Below, piece by piece: positions 58,858 through 64,000 of a stretch of 64,000 bases of DNA. The notes under the pieces are model-generated. The model saw nothing but the letters and a program-made list of their open reading frames with translations, did not search any database and was not told where the DNA came from. Source of the stretch: Balanoglossus misakiensis (lineage: Eukaryota > Animalia > Hemichordata); assembly GCA_040954595.2 (NCBI GenBank), contig CM082585.2:4117358-4181357 (forward strand), read 5' to 3'. The number at the start of each line of letters is the position of its first letter. Positions within the stretch are counted from its first letter, which is position 1. Made by a program: the position numbers and the translations under genes.

Positions 58858-61070
58858 ATCTATCGTCAGGGTAGGCAAACGGCCGTGATAGAGGGTGAAA
58901 ATCTTGCTATGAATGAAGTGAAGGTGTCATTCTTACCAGCATTCTGTAACATAAAACAAAAACAGAAACACAACAAAACATCATCACCGAGATATCGTAA
59001 CTTCAAATTGATGAACACACTATAACAATTTATTTTACTTCACTTTTGGTTTGAGTCGGAACAAATATTGTTTTAATTGGCAGTGGAGTGTCGGTGTGCC
59101 AAAGTCCAAAGCATTCTTTGCCGTATTATTGCACTTTCAAACTTTCGTTTATGTAGGGAAAGGAGGGGGGATGTTTGAGGTCAAAAGGTGTTTGTCTTGC
59201 GTGTGTTTAAACCACGCCCCTTACTAACTGTATTGTAACAATCGGCGAATAATTATAAACAGAACAAAAAAAATACATTATAAAAAAAGTAATGTCAAAA
59301 TTGTACGAACTTTGTCCCTTATTCATGGTTTCCCCAACCAGCCCTGATGAACCGTGAACTATGACCACGGCGTCACACGGACTCTAAGTACGCCATTATT
59401 CCAGCTATAGTTTTATCAGTCGTTGAAGTAATATGCATATGCCTTACAAATCTTGGGCCACGTCACATCACACAACTGATATTAAATCCTACAAACCCTT
59501 CGGCGAAAATTTATTGGCCAGGACAATTCATTTAATGATTTCAATGCAGTTTGCACTGCAAACAAGACATATATGAGGTCTACAAGAAAAGGCATAATCG
59601 ACAGTACGTTATACTTATTAAACGCCAATAATTTTATGGCTGCATACTGTCGTTGATAGAATAGCGCTATGTATGGTTCCGAAGTGAGTTCGTTGGAATG
59701 AAGCAAAATAACAACTGATGCACAACAGTCTGAATGAAGTTGTCTGTAATTGTTTGTTGCATCATGGTTACTAGTAGGCCTTAACCATGGACAACTATTC
59801 GGATTCGTGCAACAGGTGGGTAAAAGTTATAACCTATTCTATATGTGCATGGGTTTACACCTTCCGAAGCTCTACTGGTCATTCCAAATTACCACACCAT
59901 ACGCCACTGACCTCCAAACACGGTACATGCGCTGATACTAGTAATAGCACTCATGAATATTCAGCTGACTTTTCTGTTTTATTTTATAATTTCTGAACTC
60001 AGCTCATGCGTGGTTGTGTAACGATGCATGACTGATAGAATAAGACGTATGATAAATGGGTCATGTAGGTTCCAGAACAGGGTTTGAGTGCGAATTTGCC
60101 CAATTTGGGGGCCAGCTATTAAAAGATGGACACGCCAAAAGTCAGTGTATGTGGCTGCTAAGGTGCATATTCGAAGTGGTGAGAGTGAAACCAAATGACA
60201 GACTGGTTTAGGCCCCGAGATGGCGCTAGGCCTAATTCTTTTGTGTCTCTCTGTTCAGTGTCCTTGCTTTCAATAAGCTCTATACGTAGCCCGGCTGTTT
60301 TGCCGGCTGGAGGCACACACGATAACAACAACAAAGCCCTGTCACACAGAGCTGCGGTTCAATGATCTGTTCTGAATAGACTTGGGTACGGCTTTTGGAT
60401 CGACACCCACCTCAGATTTTGGGACCAGGAATTTGAGGAAATAGTATTTAAAAAAGCGACGTGATCGCGACGCTTCCCAATGTTCCCGGTCAATATATAT
60501 ATGTAACATGAAATAAAGATTCAGGCAATGTTGACTCTGCGAGTTTACCGCTTTTTAATAAACTATAACTCACCCGGAAGAGTCAGGAACACACTCCGTC
60601 CGGCATATGCAGCATGTTATGACCTTAGTCCCAAGGACGCGGTCGCCCATCACATGCATGGGTGAGCAAAAGAGAGATGTCCTCATTCATTCAAATATGA
60701 AAGCTAATTCCAACAAAACGAGACAAAATGAAAGTCACGTAACGGTTGTACCAGTCTGAAAATAGGTCTCTGTAGACTATTAGTATAGCAGAATATCAAA
60801 ACTCGTGCACAAAAGGCAACTCTACGAAAATAACCCATGCCCCTCAATCCGACCATACCTCTAAGTAATGGTATCACCATAATTGAGTCACATGTTTTGA
60901 GTCACCTGATCTCTCTTGTCAGCTGATACGTGGGTGTCGCTGGCTATCAACAACATTGCGGTCATATTGTAAGTTCAATGTTTCTAAAATGGGATGCATA
61001 TTATCATGTGCGTCCAAAGAAGTCATGTACAATGTAAGCTGACATATTGACAACTGGTATTTCAGACATA

Positions 61071-61952
61071 ATGTCGATCTTCCAACGGTCTCCGTGTTCC
61101 GTCTGCGTCGTATGTGCAACACTGTTGACATGGAAAGTTTTAGCTTTACAGAACGATTTCAAACCCGTGCTGGTGGAGGAGCAATACTTGTTTAAGCCGG
61201 GCTCTCCGGGTGAAGTCGATATTTTCCGCATTCCGATCGTCGTTACGTGCCCGGATGGTACCATTCTGGCGTTTGCAGAGGGGCGGAAGTACAGCGGGGG
61301 AGACTACGGCTCGAAATTCTTGGCTCTTCGTCGTTCCAAAGATGGCGGCAGTACCTGGACAGTGACAGACTTCGTTTTAGATGACGACCCGTCGGTCGAC
61401 GGTTTGAATTTAGGCGGCGCCGTCGTCGATCGTTTTAACAACTCTGTAATTTTACTGTATGTTCACTCACACAAAACACCGGTGATCTATATGACCAGGA
61501 GTACCGACTCGGGAGTGACGTGGAGTGCGCCTGTTGCCATTGGCGACAGAAATCCAGATTTGAAGGGATATTCGTGGACTGCAGGACCTGGATATGGGAT
61601 CCAGAAGAAGTATGGCGCCAACAAGGGCCGGTTGATTGTCTGTGGCCATACTATGGAATCGGTAACTAGGTCGGCCAGATGTCTTTATAGTGATGGTACG
61701 ATATCATTTCATTGGTTTGTATGTGATTACAATAGTGTTACCACTATGGTGTTGGTTTTGATGGGGATCTGGATGAAGTGAAGTTTTGTTTTTCAACCAG
61801 TGAAATACAAAAAATCATAATGCCATCATGCCACGGACACTGTTATACAGCTATAGCTATCTTTCAGGTGTTTTTCTCTCAGTTTTATCCCTAACTCCAT
61901 CGCCGCTGACGCCGCAGCCACAACCCACTTTCTCACTTCTTCTGGAACAACT

Positions 61953-61984
<32 letters not shown>

Positions 61985-63901
61985 GGTCTGTCACGCATCA
62001 AGAACTCGCCCAAAGAAAGATAGTCAGTCTCCTTCTCATAAAGTGTGCACCATCATATAGGGGAAATCCGGCGTAGCTGATTTCTACATAATTTGGTAGC
62101 TTTGAGGTCACTCTTTCAGAAAAAAAACATGTTCGCCATGTATAAGTCGCGCGATTGTTTACAAAGTCGAGGCAAAGTTGGCAGAATTTTCAATATGGCG
62201 TTTACTGTAATTTGAATCATGGGAAAAAAAGCGCCAGGACCAACTTCCGCCCACCATGGTGTGGGTGATACCATTCTCCGATTGGCGACAGACCAGGCGT
62301 ATTTTCATAGCTATCGTTTGTTCTTTGCATCAGTTGATAAACAATCATCAGCAAAGTCGAAAATTTGTCATCTATTGACAGTTTTCATGAGCTATAACCC
62401 ATTAAAAATATGCAAATACACTTAGCCTGTGACGCAGTGGCACCAATCGGAAAATGGTATCAACCACACCAAGGTGGGCGGAAGTTGGTCCTGGCGCTTT
62501 TTTTCCCATGATTCAAATTACAGTAAACGCCATATTGGAAATTCTGCCAGCTTTCCCTAGATTTTGTAAAAAATCGCGCGACCTATACATGGCAAATATG
62601 TTTTTTTTCTGAAAGAGTGACCTCAAAGCTACCAAATTATGTAGAAATCAGTTACGCCAAATACAGTTTGCACTGACAGTGGTCACATTTTCTAACGACA
62701 TTTCTTACTGTTTGGTGTAGATTATGGTTACAGTTGGTCCCTCGGTGGCGCTGTTTTGAGTCTGCCGTACAACACGACTAAGAAATCTGGGGACTTTGTC
62801 CCTGGTGAATCACAGGTGAGGTGACTTCTGGTTACAATTTAAACACCAACATTCCGCCATATAAAGGAAGTTATGTGCACACGGTTTTCTTTGTCCAAAC
62901 GCTGTGCTCATTGTGTAGAAAAGAATATAAAGTCATATTATTCCCTGAATTCCAATATGGACGTTTTTTACAGGGCCAAGTGCTCCCAAATCTTAGGAAA
63001 TTACACAAGTAGTAAATTAATGCTAAGAAATTAAATGTACTGTGTGTTACAAAATTTGCCCAAAGCTCAGTACAGCTTTTATGTAATAATATGCTAACAA
63101 TGTTAGCTACTTGGTGTGATTTTGATGGTAAACCTATCCGCAAAACAATTCTTCCAGAATTAGTGGTCAGTTACCTTAATGTATTCGGGACATTATCGAA
63201 CTGTGCATATTGGTATTCTAGTATCGAATCATATCACGTGCCCTGCTCTTTAGTTTTTTCAGTTGCCCGAGAGGTCACAGTTTATCAGATGTCATTCAAA
63301 ATTCCTCTGTCCCACAATTGCATCCTCCTGTACCGGAGTGTTCTCTTACATGCACATAGTAAAGGAAATTGAATGTCTGGCTGTTCCCGGAATAAAATAC
63401 TGTTTTCTTTTCAACCTAAAAGTTACTCGTATAATATACTGAGGACAAGTTAGTATAATAAAATTTTAATATTAATTTTTGATATCTGTATTGCAGATAG
63501 TCGAAATGGATGATGGGAGTCTCGTGATGATGTCACGAAACACTTATGCATTCCACTGCCGATGTCGAATCTTTTCGAAAAGTTTTGATTCCGGTATGAC
63601 ATTTCCATTGGAGGAGGTCCAAATTATTGAAGAATTGCCTGATCCAAGCGTGTGCGGAAGTATTCTACGTCATAATGGCGTCATGTATTTCTCTGGTGTG
63701 AACAGCACTACGTCACGGGCCAACGCAATGCTGTGGTGGAGTTTCGACGACGGAGTTACCTGGCCCGGTACACTCCCTATCTACATGAACAGAAGCGCGT
63801 ATTCGTGTCTGACAGCGGTGGACGACAATCACCTGGGTTTGCTTTACGAAAAGGGAAACGACGGCCATATCGCTTTCGCCAAAATCAGACTTCATCCTTG
63901 A
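61071..63901 (+). CDS. NEU1: Sialidase-1-like (GH33 neuraminidase), 3 coding exons, ~374 aa
   Basis: Exons 61071-61695, 62721-62815 and 63497-63901 splice in frame. Signal peptide, FRIP, AEGRK, Asp boxes (SKDGGSTW, STDSGVTW, SDDYGYSW, SFDSGMTF, SFDDGVTW), SAYS and LYE. Confidence 0.93.
62070..62658. mobile_element. Palindromic MITE (~220-bp inverted arms) in intron 1 of the second sialidase
   Basis: GGCGTAGCTGATTTCTACATAATTTGGTAGCTTTGAGG... at 62070 and its reverse complement ending at 62658. Flanks aaatcc/aaatac could be an imperfect TSD. Confidence 0.85.
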
Positions 63902-64000
63902 CACAGAAAAAACCTGCTGGTCTTTTTCAAAGTTATAACGACAAGTGATATAATTGTAACTTTTCGCCAAACTTATCCTTTTTGATAGTGGGACTTCCTA

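Noticed and set aside
58261-58888. Overlapping ORFs over sialidase exon 1
   Set aside because: Antisense or alternate-frame shadows of a GC-rich coding exon.

Overview
Eukaryotic (animal) genomic DNA, most likely an invertebrate deuterostome such as a hemichordate or cephalochordate (inferred from intron-containing NEU1-like sialidases and the transposon complement; not proven). 1-8011 is a near-homogeneous 130-bp tandem array whose monomer folds by eye, on the minus strand, into a tight four-way-junction cloverleaf plus a hairpin. 9077-23340 is a set of nested non-autonomous DNA transposons (hAT-like host, a CAG-ended element with a 5-bp TSD, an Academ-like foldback, a Kolobok-like MITE, HINE ends) plus a 1.33-kb triplication. 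23373-47983 is a 24.6-kb nest of seven co-oriented Helentron/Helitron2 elements. One of them is an autonomous 15-kb copy encoding OTU protease + HUH Rep + PIF1 helicase + AP-like endonuclease, split by one frameshift. 49.7-64 kb holds host genes: a 5-exon O-fucosyltransferase-like gene (-), a C2H2 zinc-finger pseudogene, and two head-to-head NEU1-like sialidase paralogs with identical exon structure. All coordinates and folds were derived by eye, without computation.
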